Positions 38,861 through 48,332 are shown, numbered from the stretch's first letter. The stretch is 64,000 nucleotides of DNA from an uncultured Verrucomicrobiae bacterium (GCA_963764165.1 CAVXRD010000002.1:3008001-3072000); one strand, 5' to 3'. The notes: generated by a model from the sequence alone, not told the origin. Translations and numbers: made by a program.

Positions 38861-39472
38861 ATGACAACTGAAACAAAGTCGGTCGAAGAAGCGCCGCTGC
38901 GGGTGTTTGCGGTGGTGGGAAGTTTGAACAGGGATTCCGTGACGCGGGTGGTCGTCAGGGAAGCCGCGCGTTTGCTCGCTGAACGAGGCTGCGCAGTGGA
39001 CGTGCTCGACCTCCTGCAAGAGCCGCTGCCGCTTTACAATCCGGACACGGCCTATGACGCTGAGTCTTTTCCCGCGCTGAAAAAGCGGGTCGACGGAGCG
39101 GATGTCATCATTCTCGGCACCCCGGATTATCACGGCAGCATGAGCAGCGCGCTGAAAAATTTCCTCGACCATTTCTGGCGCGAATTCGCTGGAAAATGCT
39201 TTGCCTCCATTGTCGCTTCGCACGAAAAAGGCTTGACCGTCACCGACCAGGTGCGAACCGTGGCCCGCCAATGTTACGCATGGGTGCTCCCTTACGGCGT
39301 TTCATTTGTTGACATGGAGGACGTGAAGGACGGAAAAATCGCCAGCGCATCGCTGGCCAAACGCCTGGACATGATGACGCGAGATGTGGCGGTCTACGGA
39401 AAACTGCTGGCCGCTCAGCGGCGCGCGGATTTGGCGGGGACGGAGCCCGGTTTCATGGCCCGGCATCGTTAA
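38861..39472 (+). CDS. NADPH-dependent FMN reductase (SsuE/Azr-like)
   Basis: VGSLNRDS.T, GTPDYHGSMSSALKNFLD. Confidence 0.9.
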   Translation: MTTETKSVEEAPLRVFAVVGSLNRDSVTRVVVREAARLLAERGCAVDVLDLLQEPLPLYNPDTAYDAESFPALKKRVDGADVIILGTPDYHGSMSSALKNFLDHFWREFAGKCFASIVASHEKGLTVTDQVRTVARQCYAWVLPYGVSFVDMEDVKDGKIASASLAKRLDMMTRDVAVYGKLLAAQRRADLAGTEPGFMARHR

Positions 39473-39476
39473 AAAA

Positions 39477-39506
39477 GCAGGGACGCCTCGGCGAGCCGCC
39501 CCTGCC
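39477..39506. repeat. degenerate single REP
   Basis: GCAGGGACGCCTCGGCGAGCCGCCCCTGCC between convergent genes. Confidence 0.6.
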
Positions 39507-39530
39507 TTGCTTCGCAATCACAAATCCCGG

Positions 39531-40334
39531 CTACGGATTCGCCTCCGGGATGGCGCCCTGCAATCGCCGCAGGTCCGATAAATCCTGCGCGTTGACGGCG
39601 GAAACATTGCCGCCAGACATATTTTTATTCCAAGCCCACTGCCATCGCTCGGCGTGGCCGTCGAGGAAAGACAAATCCGCGCCGCGCATGTGGTGGTCGG
39701 CCGGCCAATTGATCCAATCGGTTGAAGGAGTCTGCGACTGGCCGAATGTGCCGTCATCAATGCTGGAGCCTTCGTCGAGAAAACCGAAGATTTTGGCCGG
39801 ACGATTCACATCAAGAAATTTCGCAATGGGATCGTCTCCAACGCCGTTCATGTTTGGATCAGAATTGAGGTGGATATTCAGTGAATAACTGCGGAAGCGC
39901 AGCAATCCTGGCATGCCTTGCACGGTCCCATTGTCGGATGGGCAGTGGTAAAGGCCAGCGCTCGCAACGTAGGGAAATAAAACGCCCGCCTTGATATTGT
40001 CCGTGTTCTGATCCGCTGGCGCCGCGCCCAAGACCCACGACCCTGGCAAACTGGCCGAGCAGCCAACGCTTCCGTCGTATGCGTAGGTGTTCTGAACCAT
40101 GATTTCCCTGTTATCCGGCAGGTACAGAAGAAAACCCGCCTGCAGTTGCTTGGTGTTGCTAAGACACTTAATGCTCTGCCCCTGCGCCTTCGCCTGGCTG
40201 AGGGCCGGAAGAAGGAGCGACGCGAGAATCGCGATGATGGCAATGACCACCAGCAGTTCAATGAGAGTAAACCCCTCTGGAATTGAGCGATGCGGACAGC
40301 TCGTGCTGTTTGAGTCAATCTGTGGATGAATCAC
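39531..40334 (-). CDS. prepilin-type N-methylation protein with H-X9-DG motif
   Basis: [50 protein letters not shown]. Confidence 0.9.
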   Translation of the reverse strand: MIHPQIDSNSTSCPHRSIPEGFTLIELLVVIAIIAILASLLLPALSQAKAQGQSIKCLSNTKQLQAGFLLYLPDNREIMVQNTYAYDGSVGCSASLPGSWVLGAAPADQNTDNIKAGVLFPYVASAGLYHCPSDNGTVQGMPGLLRFRSYSLNIHLNSDPNMNGVGDDPIAKFLDVNRPAKIFGFLDEGSSIDDGTFGQSQTPSTDWINWPADHHMRGADLSFLDGHAERWQWAWNKNMSGGNVSAVNAQDLSDLRRLQGAIPEANP

Positions 40335-40337
40335 ATC

Positions 40338-41579
40338 TCAGCCTTTTGCGCGCTGGTTCCACAATTCCACCAGGTGCTTTTCGGCGTCCGGCCAGACCTG
40401 TTGATTGTCGCGCTTGGCGAATTGCGGGACGACAGCCGCTTGCGTTGCCGGGGGCAGCGAGCGATACCAGTTCAGCGACGCTTTCGCGGTCTCCGTCATC
40501 GGGCGGAACTTCAGCCCCTTTTCCAAGGCGCGGGAGATATTGCAATGGTGGATATTCGCGCTGCTGTCCTCAGGTGGCACATACAACGGAAATTGATTGT
40601 CAGCCGCTCCGTGAGAGTCCAGAAAGCGATTTTCCACCCACAGGAAATCCACTTGCGATCCGGTGCCCGTGCGAATGTCTTCCACCATTTGTTTCATTGT
40701 CAACAATGTGGCGGGACCCGTGGCGTTGAAGGTGCCGGTGATATTTCCCTCAAGGCAGTGGACGATGAAATCCGCGAGGTCGCGGACGTCGATAAGCTGG
40801 ATCGGATCAGACGGCGTTCCGGGCACAATCATGGTGCCACCCATCGATTCCCGCACCGGCCAGTAAAGAAAACGCCCTGATGTATCGCGCGGCCCCACGA
40901 TGAATCCCGGACGAAGAATTGTGACGCGCCCCGGCATGGCCGCCTCCGCCGCTTTTTCGCAAAGGGCTTTTCCGCCGCCGTAATTCTCCGAATTTTTCCC
41001 CATCACTTCAACGGTGGGATCGGCCAGCGTCGCCAGCGGGGCGGATTCGTCAAAATTCGGTTTGCTGAAATCCCGATAGGCGGAAATGGTTGAGATGAAC
41101 AAATACTGCTTCACGTTCGGCGCGAGCAATTCGGCCGATGCCTTGACCATGCGTGGAAAATAGCCGCTCGTGTCAATGACAGCGTCCCATTGTTTGCCGA
41201 CGAGCTGAGACAGGCCCTTGGGGCTGTCCGGATCCGGCGCGGCGGCGGACTTGCCTTCGTTCTTGCGGTCAGCGGCGGTTTTGTTGGGGTCGCGATTTCC
41301 GTAGAGCTTTTCCACTCCATCCGGGACAACGGAAGGCCGCCCGACCTCATGGCGCCGCTCCTCGGTGCGCCCGCTGTTGAATTGCGTGACTTTGTGGCCG
41401 CGCGCCAGGGCCGACTCCGTGCAAGCAGGCCCGAGAAAGCCGGTGCCGCCGAGGATCAGAATTTTCAAGCTGCGCGATGCCACAGGAACAGGCTCATCTG
41501 CGCAAATAATTGTGGGAAGAGACGCCGCGGCCAATGCAGCCGCAGAGGTGACAATGAACTCGCGCCGATTGGTAGCCAT
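40338..41579 (-). CDS. Tat-exported NAD-dependent epimerase/dehydratase family protein
   Basis: NRREFIVTSAAALAA twin-Arg signal; ILILGGTGFLG; YGGGK. Confidence 0.88.
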   Translation of the reverse strand: MATNRREFIVTSAAALAAASLPTIICADEPVPVASRSLKILILGGTGFLGPACTESALARGHKVTQFNSGRTEERRHEVGRPSVVPDGVEKLYGNRDPNKTAADRKNEGKSAAAPDPDSPKGLSQLVGKQWDAVIDTSGYFPRMVKASAELLAPNVKQYLFISTISAYRDFSKPNFDESAPLATLADPTVEVMGKNSENYGGGKALCEKAAEAAMPGRVTILRPGFIVGPRDTSGRFLYWPVRESMGGTMIVPGTPSDPIQLIDVRDLADFIVHCLEGNITGTFNATGPATLLTMKQMVEDIRTGTGSQVDFLWVENRFLDSHGAADNQFPLYVPPEDSSANIHHCNISRALEKGLKFRPMTETAKASLNWYRSLPPATQAAVVPQFAKRDNQQVWPDAEKHLVELWNQRAKG

Positions 41580-41588
41580 ACGCGCAAG

Positions 41589-41617
41589 ATTGTAATTGCC
41601 GTGCCATGCGCAGTCAA
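41589..41617 (-). promoter_or_regulatory. sigma70 promoter
   Basis: TTGACT-N17-TACAAT, 9 nt before ATG 41579. Confidence 0.7.
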
Positions 41618-42564
41618 GTTTTTGACATCGCCGCCAAATGCGCGGACAGCCGTTCCAGCGTCTGATGCGCACCTTGGACAGCGCCGTGTTCTCGCACCGC
41701 GAAATCCCGCACTTCCGCCGTTGGAAAAATCATGTGGATGGTGACCTTGGTTTTGTTGCGTTCCGTGGTTTCGAAAGACCACGTTTGCCGAAGGGTGATT
41801 TGCCGTCCGTCCTGCTTTCCGCCAGCCATGGCGAGAACAATGCGCTCGGGCTTCACGACTTCCTCAAAGACGCTCTCGTTCGGATAATTCGTTCCATCCG
41901 GCCCGTGCATGACGTGCTTCCACGTGCCGCCGGGGCGGACGTCCATGATTTCCACCGTGTCGGAAAACCCCGCCGGCCCCCACCAATGAACAATGTGCTC
42001 CGGGTTCGTCATCGCTTCCCAGACAAGCTCTCGCGGGGCGTCAACTACACGCGAGATTACAAGCTCACGATCCTTCGTTCCGCTTTCCGCCGGAAGACTG
42101 CCCGCCAGCCGTTCCAAACTTTGCGTCATGCCAGCCTCGAACCCGCCGATGTATCTGCCCGCGCCCTCGGTCGTCTTCGTCACCTTGGAACGGAGCGTGA
42201 GCAGCGTCTTGCCGTCTTTCTCGATCAGCGTGAGGGACTGCAGGATCTCGAACATCAATTCGCCTTTTTCGTTGAGCGCGCCGCTGGTGAAAACGAGCTT
42301 TTCCGGCGGGGCAACTTCGAGGAATTTTCCACCCATCGGAAATTCAGCGCCATTGGGCGCGCGCATGACAACGCGGATGGAATTGCCCGGCTTGGCGTCC
42401 CATTGGCAAACGGGATTGGTGAAGCCGCGCGGCCCCCACCATTTCACCAGCATCTCGGGATCCGTCCACGCTTTGAAAACCAGTGCTCGCGGCGCATCGA
42501 ATTCGCGCGTGATGACAAATTCCTGTCCCAGACAATCGTTGGCGTGTTTATTTTCCATTTTCAT
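41614..42564 (-). CDS. tandem SRPBCC (AHSA1/START-like) domain protein
   Basis: Two copies of I.R.FDAPR.LV..A.T.PE....WWGP.GF. Confidence 0.92.
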   Translation of the reverse strand: MKMENKHANDCLGQEFVITREFDAPRALVFKAWTDPEMLVKWWGPRGFTNPVCQWDAKPGNSIRVVMRAPNGAEFPMGGKFLEVAPPEKLVFTSGALNEKGELMFEILQSLTLIEKDGKTLLTLRSKVTKTTEGAGRYIGGFEAGMTQSLERLAGSLPAESGTKDRELVISRVVDAPRELVWEAMTNPEHIVHWWGPAGFSDTVEIMDVRPGGTWKHVMHGPDGTNYPNESVFEEVVKPERIVLAMAGGKQDGRQITLRQTWSFETTERNKTKVTIHMIFPTAEVRDFAVREHGAVQGAHQTLERLSAHLAAMSKT

Positions 42565-42916
42565 TTTGTTCCTCTTTTGCTTCCTTGTTTTGAATTTCGT
42601 GCAAATAGGCCTCGAGGCGATCGAGGCGCTCCTCCCAGAATTGGCGGTACGTTTCGATCCATTCCTGCGCCTGTTTCATGGGCGCGGCCTGAAGTTTTAA
42701 CGAGTGGACTCGGCCATGGCGCTTCCGCTTGACCAAGCCAGCCTTCTCCAACACGCGAAGGTGCTTGGAGACCGCCGGCAGCGACATCGAATAAGGCCGC
42801 GCCAGGTCAGTAACGCACTGGTCTCCCTTGGCCAGATGCTCCAATATCCGCCTGCGGGTCGGGTCGGCCAGCGCGGCAAAAGTGCGGTTCAAAAAGCGCG
42901 ATGAACAGTTAACCAT
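42548..42916 (-). CDS. ArsR/SmtB-family regulator
   Basis: FAALADPTRRRIL, MSLPAVSKHLRVLEKAGLV, FWEERLDRL; start set at ATG 42916. Confidence 0.93.
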   Translation of the reverse strand: MVNCSSRFLNRTFAALADPTRRRILEHLAKGDQCVTDLARPYSMSLPAVSKHLRVLEKAGLVKRKRHGRVHSLKLQAAPMKQAQEWIETYRQFWEERLDRLEAYLHEIQNKEAKEEQNENGK

Positions 42917-42924
42917 ATGGTTAA
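42909..42924. promoter_or_regulatory. perfect palindromic operator over the ArsR start codon
   Basis: TTAACCATATGGTTAA (16 bp). Confidence 0.75.
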
Positions 42925-43226
42925 ATATCACCAACGCTCGGCTCCGTGGCAAGCGGAATCTCATGTCATTTCCGCAACCTTTTTGGCTCAGTTCCCGCCC
43001 CACCCCGGAAAGCCGCTCTTTTTGACAGGCAGAAACCAGCCCGGCGAATCTTTCGGGAAAATCCCCAATTGGCACGCGCATTTCTCCGGGTGACATTGGG
43101 CCCGAGGATGTTATGACAAACGCAATTGAGCAACGAATGACCCTGGCGGGAAAAATTGAATTTGCCTTCGCCCTGTTTTTCGATATAATGTTTCGCAATC
43201 CGGCGCGGAGTCAAAACAAGGTTAAT

Positions 43227-43682
43227 ATGCCTTCTAATAATAATTCCCATCAAAGGGAAAAGACGCACGACCTCGACATTGTGGGCCAATGGGCCGCGCG
43301 GAGAAAAATCCTTATCCTGGACGATGACGTGGCTTTTTCGGAAATGACCCGGATGCTGCTGGAACAAAACGGCTTCGAGGTGGATCTGGCGTCCGACGGC
43401 GTTCAAGGGATCAAGAAAATCATGGTCAGCGATTATTCCGCTATTCTTTGTGACATGGTGATGCCCAATCTGGCCGGAGACATGTTTTACATAGCGGTCG
43501 AGCGCGTGAAGCCCCACCTGTGCAAGCGCATCATCTTCATTACGGGCCACAAGGGTGACCGGAAGACCGAGGATTTCGTTCGCAAAGTCAAGGGCCTGAT
43601 TCTGTGGAAGCCCTTCAAGAATCATATTTTGATTGAAACGATTCAGGCCGTGGAAAAAAAGACCAGCGGCACCGCTGTTTGA
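43227..43682 (+). CDS. single-domain response regulator receiver
   Basis: ILILDDD, CDMVMP, FITG, KPF; start uncertain. Confidence 0.85.
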   Translation: MPSNNNSHQREKTHDLDIVGQWAARRKILILDDDVAFSEMTRMLLEQNGFEVDLASDGVQGIKKIMVSDYSAILCDMVMPNLAGDMFYIAVERVKPHLCKRIIFITGHKGDRKTEDFVRKVKGLILWKPFKNHILIETIQAVEKKTSGTAV

Positions 43683-43683
43683 T

Positions 43684-45393
43684 TCAGCCGCAAAATAGAG
43701 TCGTTTTCCGCATATGAACGGCATCAATCAGCCCTTGGTCTGTCAGCTTTAATTCCGGAATGGGCGACAGGCTCAGGAACGAGAGGGTCATAAACGGCGC
43801 GCTCAAATCGCAGCCCATCGCGTGCGCCGCCGCATTCAGCGCGTTCAGCCGTTCAATCACCTCCTCCAGCGGTCGATCCGATACGAGTCCGGCAATGGGC
43901 AACCCCAATACCGCGCGAGCCGCGCCATCAGCCACGGCAACCTGCCCTCCTTGCATTTCCTCAAGCGCGCGAATGGCCGCTAAAATGTCACGGTCATTCG
44001 TCCCGACCACGACGACGTTGTGGGCGTCATGGGCGACAGTGGAGCCAAGCGCGCCGTTGCGAAGCTTGAAACCGCGAACGAAGCCGACGCCGACATTTCC
44101 CGTGGCGCGGTGCCGCTCGACCACCACCATTTTCAAAATGTCGCGCGACACATCCGCCACCGCCTGCCCCGCTTCGACCCTCGCCAACGCAATCACTTCG
44201 CGCGTCACGATTTGGTCTGGCACGATTTCGATCACGCGCATTTTTTTCGGGCGGGCGCACTTCATCTGGATGCTGGCGGGCGTGTAATGCAGGTTCATCG
44301 TCCCGCGCGGCAGCGGAACAGCGGCGGCGGGGCGGCCAAGATATTTTCCATCCCGCGCCACGAGACGGCCTTTCTTGTAAACCTCGCGCACGCGAAAACG
44401 CTTCAGATCGTCAAATACAATAAAATCCGCCCAGAAGCGCGGGGCAATCGCTCCGAGATTCTGCAAACGATAATGCCGCGCCGTGTTGATCGAGGCGACT
44501 TGCAGCGCGGCCATCGGCGGCACGCCGTGCCGGATCGCTTCGCGGACAGCATGATCAATATGCCCTTCCGCGACCAGGTCGCTGGCCAGCTTGTCGTCAG
44601 TGGCGAAGGAGCAATTGGCGGAATTGTGCGCATTAATCATCGGCGCCAGCGCGGCCAGATTTCTTTCCGTGCTTCCCTCGCGCAGTAAAATGTGCAGGCC
44701 GAGCCGCAATTTCTCCCGCGCCTCCTCCAGCTCCACTGATTCGTGGTCCGACCGCACCCCCGCCAGCGCGTAGGCGTTGAGATTTTTGCCGCGCAGTCCC
44801 GGCGCATGGCCATCCACCGCCTTGCCTTTCCCGACCGCGATTTTCGCCAGCTCACTTTTAGCGCCCAGATAAACACCTGGATAATTCATCAACTCCGCCA
44901 CGCCCGCCACGCGGTCGTCCGCGATCATCAAGGCCAGGTCATCGGCGGTGATGCGCGCGCCCGCCGTTTCCAGATGCGTCGCCGGAACGCACGAAGGCAG
45001 CATGATGAAAAAATCGATCGGCAAATCCTTGCTCGATTCGAGCACGTAACGGATGCCGTCGAGCCCGAGGACATTGGCGTATTCGTGAGGATCAATAACG
45101 ACCGTCCCAGTGCCATGCGGCACGACGGCACGGGCAAATTCCGCCGCCGTCAATTGGGAGCTTTCGACATGAAAGTGGCCATCAATCAAGCTCGGGGCCA
45201 GATACGCGCCGCGCAGGTCAATCTTCTTGCGCGCCTTGTAATCGCCGATGCCCACGATGCGCCCATCGTCGACCGCCACATTGGCGTCATAAATCTCGCC
45301 GCTGAGGACATTGACGAGACGGGCATTTTTGAAGAGAAGTTCCGCGGGAACTTCGCCGCGGGCGATGGCTAATTTGTGCTGAACGTGTCGCAT
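43684..45393 (-). CDS. ade: adenine deaminase
   Basis: IDGHFHVESS, DPHEYANV, DGHAPG, SDHE, TDD, STVAHDAHN. Confidence 0.95.
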   Translation of the reverse strand: MRHVQHKLAIARGEVPAELLFKNARLVNVLSGEIYDANVAVDDGRIVGIGDYKARKKIDLRGAYLAPSLIDGHFHVESSQLTAAEFARAVVPHGTGTVVIDPHEYANVLGLDGIRYVLESSKDLPIDFFIMLPSCVPATHLETAGARITADDLALMIADDRVAGVAELMNYPGVYLGAKSELAKIAVGKGKAVDGHAPGLRGKNLNAYALAGVRSDHESVELEEAREKLRLGLHILLREGSTERNLAALAPMINAHNSANCSFATDDKLASDLVAEGHIDHAVREAIRHGVPPMAALQVASINTARHYRLQNLGAIAPRFWADFIVFDDLKRFRVREVYKKGRLVARDGKYLGRPAAAVPLPRGTMNLHYTPASIQMKCARPKKMRVIEIVPDQIVTREVIALARVEAGQAVADVSRDILKMVVVERHRATGNVGVGFVRGFKLRNGALGSTVAHDAHNVVVVGTNDRDILAAIRALEEMQGGQVAVADGAARAVLGLPIAGLVSDRPLEEVIERLNALNAAAHAMGCDLSAPFMTLSFLSLSPIPELKLTDQGLIDAVHMRKTTLFCG

Positions 45394-45458
45394 ACCGCCA
45401 GAGGGACGGTAATGTGGCGCCGCCACCGAAGGAAGCATATTTTCCTGAGCGCGGACGC

Positions 45459-45530
45459 GAGCATGCGCTTTCAGAAATCCTGCATTCGTGGAAATCGTTC
45501 ACCGCCCATGAGATTTTGAAATTCGCCAAG
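45459..45530 (+). pseudogene. probable relic of REP-associated tyrosine transposase (IS200-like Y1/RAYT)
   Basis: Translates EHALSEILHSWKSFTAHEILKFAK and runs into a REP; motif recognised from memory. Confidence 0.55.
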
Positions 45531-45605
45531 AGTGGCAGCAGTGGCAGCGGCGTCCCGCCGCTGAGTTAAGAAGAAAAATAGAGCCGGGACGGCTCTCCCA
45601 CTTTC
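45529..45605. repeat. REP doublet, family E
   Basis: AGTGGCAGCGGCGTCCCGCCGCTG...AGAGCCGGGACGGCTCTCCCACTTTC. Confidence 0.72.
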
Positions 45606-45619
45606 GCGCTATCGGCCCC

Positions 45620-47524
45620 TCAAAATATTTTGCTGGTCAGGAATTTCCAGACCTGCACCTCAGCGCCCATGCGCACGAGGAAACGGTTTTGCTCGAAGGA
45701 GAATTCTTGGGGGGCCTGGTCGCGGTAGAAATCCCACAGCACTTTTCCGTTGCCGGGATCAATTCTGTAAATATGAAAATAGGTCGGCGCATCCTGCTGG
45801 GGGGCGTTCAATGCCTCGGCCAGGCCATTGGCCATCGCCACGCCGCCGCGATCCGCGCTGGCGCAATACAAGTATGGCCCCGAAAGAAATGCCGCCTGGC
45901 CGTGATTGGCCGATTGCCATAGAATTTTTCCGGACGCCGCATCCACCTTCAGCAGGAGCGCGGCCGCCTTGTCGAATTTGATTTGCTCCGAGTATTTGAT
46001 TTCGTCGGGGCTTTTGGACGTTGTATTGACATAAAGATTCCCGTTTCCATCCGGCTGGACTTTGCTGACCCCGACGCTGGTCAAACGCCAGCGGACTTCG
46101 CCGGCGGGCAGCGAGAACGCGGTCAGCACGCCCTCGTCATAGAAATACAAGCTGCCGCCCGCTTCGACGCCTGGCGCGGTGACGCGATCCCACATTTCGG
46201 CGCGGTAGCGCTCGTTGATGGGATAGGCGAGCCTGGCGTCGAATAATTTTTTGTTTGCCTTGTCGAACACGGCGAGCTGCTGCCCGGCCACCAAAAGATC
46301 CACCGTCTTCAACGGGAAAAATGCGGGGACGCCAATGACTTCTCCCGTCCACTCGGCGGGTTTGGCATCGCCAAGCCAGCGGCGGAGGGTGGTTTGGTAA
46401 CGGCTCTGGTCGATGCCTTTGACCCCGCCGGTCTGGCTGCGCTTGATGTCGTTGAAAACCTCCTCGGCCACATCGGCGGCGCTGCTGCCGGCGGTGAGGC
46501 TGCCGTTGATGTGAGTGGGGCCGCGCGGTTTGATGGCTTCTTCGTAAACCACTTTCGGCTCCAGCAGCTTCACCCGCAATTCCACCAGGTTCACGCCTGC
46601 CGAGAAGAATTCGCTGCTCATGGCGTCGAGCGGTTTGTTGAATTTCTGCTCCTCCAGCGCCTGCGACAGCAAAACGCCCGCGGTGGGCGCGACGTTTGAG
46701 GGAAGCTCGTTTGGCATGGCATGCTTTTCCGAGCGCGGAACGGAGATGTTCTCATTGGCAACGCCGCCGGATGCCAGATCGATTCGGCAAACGAGGCGGT
46801 TCGTTTCGTCCTTGGTGGAAACGATCAGCAAGTCCGTGTCGGAAGCGGTGAGGGTGGGAAATTCGCCGGCAATGGGAACGGTTTGTTTGACCACGCCGCT
46901 GGCGCGGTCGATGCGCACGACGCGATTTCCGAGGAAAACCCAAATGCTGTCTTTCGAATAATAGGTGCGCGCGGGCCAGGCTCCCCCGGATTTGTCGGAA
47001 TAATCAGCCGTCCACGAATCGCGGCTCGTATTCAAATTGTGATCGACGGCTTTGTTCGGATTGACAAGAAGAATGTTGTTGGTGTCCAAAAACCCGGTGT
47101 CCCAGCCCTGGTCTGGATTTGAGATTTTCACCGAATACTCGAGGCCCGGTTTGGAGCCGACGGCCTCGAACCAAATCCAATAACCCACCAGCGCGGCGAC
47201 GATCAGCGCGACGCCCGCCGCAATCCAGCCGATCATCCTGAATTGCGCCCGTTCCCGCTGGATTTTCCTCATGGCGGCGCCCGCAACCGGCAAGGGAGGG
47301 CGCGGCGCAATCGGAACCTGCGGCGCTTCACCGGGCGGCGCGGCGGCGGCTTGCATTCGGAGCTTCGGCTTGGACGATTCCGTTTCGGCGAGAATTTGAT
47401 TGGCCAGTTCGGTGCCATCTGCCTGGCAATTCGGGCATTGAACGGTGAATGGCATTCGGCCATCGACCGGTTCCACATCAAAGGAGTATTTGCTGCCGCA
47501 AGGGCATTGGACTTTGATGGTCAT
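45620..47524 (-). CDS. zinc-ribbon + single TM + PQQ-like beta-propeller protein
   Basis: CPCG...CPNC, Pro-rich linker, TM (IGWIAAGVALIVAALVGYWIWF), D.ASG...W repeats; ATGA coupling with upstream gene. Confidence 0.8.
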   Translation of the reverse strand: MTIKVQCPCGSKYSFDVEPVDGRMPFTVQCPNCQADGTELANQILAETESSKPKLRMQAAAAPPGEAPQVPIAPRPPLPVAGAAMRKIQRERAQFRMIGWIAAGVALIVAALVGYWIWFEAVGSKPGLEYSVKISNPDQGWDTGFLDTNNILLVNPNKAVDHNLNTSRDSWTADYSDKSGGAWPARTYYSKDSIWVFLGNRVVRIDRASGVVKQTVPIAGEFPTLTASDTDLLIVSTKDETNRLVCRIDLASGGVANENISVPRSEKHAMPNELPSNVAPTAGVLLSQALEEQKFNKPLDAMSSEFFSAGVNLVELRVKLLEPKVVYEEAIKPRGPTHINGSLTAGSSAADVAEEVFNDIKRSQTGGVKGIDQSRYQTTLRRWLGDAKPAEWTGEVIGVPAFFPLKTVDLLVAGQQLAVFDKANKKLFDARLAYPINERYRAEMWDRVTAPGVEAGGSLYFYDEGVLTAFSLPAGEVRWRLTSVGVSKVQPDGNGNLYVNTTSKSPDEIKYSEQIKFDKAAALLLKVDAASGKILWQSANHGQAAFLSGPYLYCASADRGGVAMANGLAEALNAPQQDAPTYFHIYRIDPGNGKVLWDFYRDQAPQEFSFEQNRFLVRMGAEVQVWKFLTSKIF

Positions 47525-48321
47525 GGCTGCGGCCCGAGCAATCGGACGTTGGGAGTGAACGTGAAATCCTGGCTGGCCTTTGGGCCGGAAAAAACGGCTG
47601 AGCCATCGCACGAAAGCAAATTTCCGCCCGCCTTGTCGTGGTTGGATCCCGGCCGCTTGCCATCCGCCGAGAAGATCGGCTGGCCTTTTCGTTTCGGCGC
47701 CGTGTTGATTTGCCAGTCGGACAAAAGCATGTCCTGCGCGCCGCCGTTGGTGGGCTGGCCCATGTAATAATCGTAGCTGATCCAGCGCCCGGCAAAAGAT
47801 GCGCCCGACGGCAGCGGCGAATCACCACTGCCGGGGCAAATGAAAATCGACGTGTCAGTGGTGCCTTTTGGCACCAGCAAGCTCAGCGGGTCCGAGGACG
47901 TCTTGGCTTTGGCGTCGAACGGGAAAGCCCCGTTGTCGTTCCGGTAGAAACCGATGGCGACATAGATTTTTTGAAGATTCCCGGCGCAGGCGGCCAATTC
48001 TTTTTTTCGCGACGAGCCCGTCAATTGGCTTCCGCCGATGGTCGCCAAAATAATAACGATCACCAGCACCAGCAGCATTTCGAGAAGCGAGAATGCGCCA
48101 CTAAGCCGGAGCGAACTAGTTGAAATTGGCAGCGCGACCGTCTCGATCGCCTTGGCCGGCGTCTCGCCGTCCAGTCTGACGATGAGTCTGCCAACACCGA
48201 TTGGTGGCTTGCCAGACGCCGCAGGGTTTTTCGGCGGGACGCCGAAAACGCCGACCGAGACGGTCGCGCCACCCTTCTTAACAGCATCGTTACGGCTAAC
48301 CGAATTTGCGGCGGTGCGCAC
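47521..48321 (-). CDS. prepilin-type protein with long leader containing an in-frame palindromic repeat
   Basis: GA/FSLLEMLLVLVIVIILA, C..NL.KI, FICP, NH...GGNLL.CDG; only in-frame ATG/GTG/TTG upstream of the cleavage site is GTG 48321. Confidence 0.8.
   Translation of the reverse strand: MRTAANSVSRNDAVKKGGATVSVGVFGVPPKNPAASGKPPIGVGRLIVRLDGETPAKAIETVALPISTSSLRLSGAFSLLEMLLVLVIVIILATIGGSQLTGSSRKKELAACAGNLQKIYVAIGFYRNDNGAFPFDAKAKTSSDPLSLLVPKGTTDTSIFICPGSGDSPLPSGASFAGRWISYDYYMGQPTNGGAQDMLLSDWQINTAPKRKGQPIFSADGKRPGSNHDKAGGNLLSCDGSAVFSGPKASQDFTFTPNVRLLGPQP
48128..48273. repeat. nested REP-like palindrome inside CDS
   Basis: GGCAGCGCGACCGTCTCGATCG ... CGACCGAGACGGTCGCGCCACC with inner GGCGTCTCGCCG / CGGCGGGACGCC arms. 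Confidence 0.75.
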
Positions 48322-48332
48322 AGCATGAAATC

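Noticed and set aside
43069..43085. sigma54-like TTGGCACGCGCATTTCT upstream of the receiver gene
   Set aside because: Lacks the conserved G at -13; possible but too weak to call
45394..45530. Purine riboswitch upstream of adenine deaminase
   Set aside because: No purine-aptamer consensus seen; region better explained by a RAYT relic plus REP
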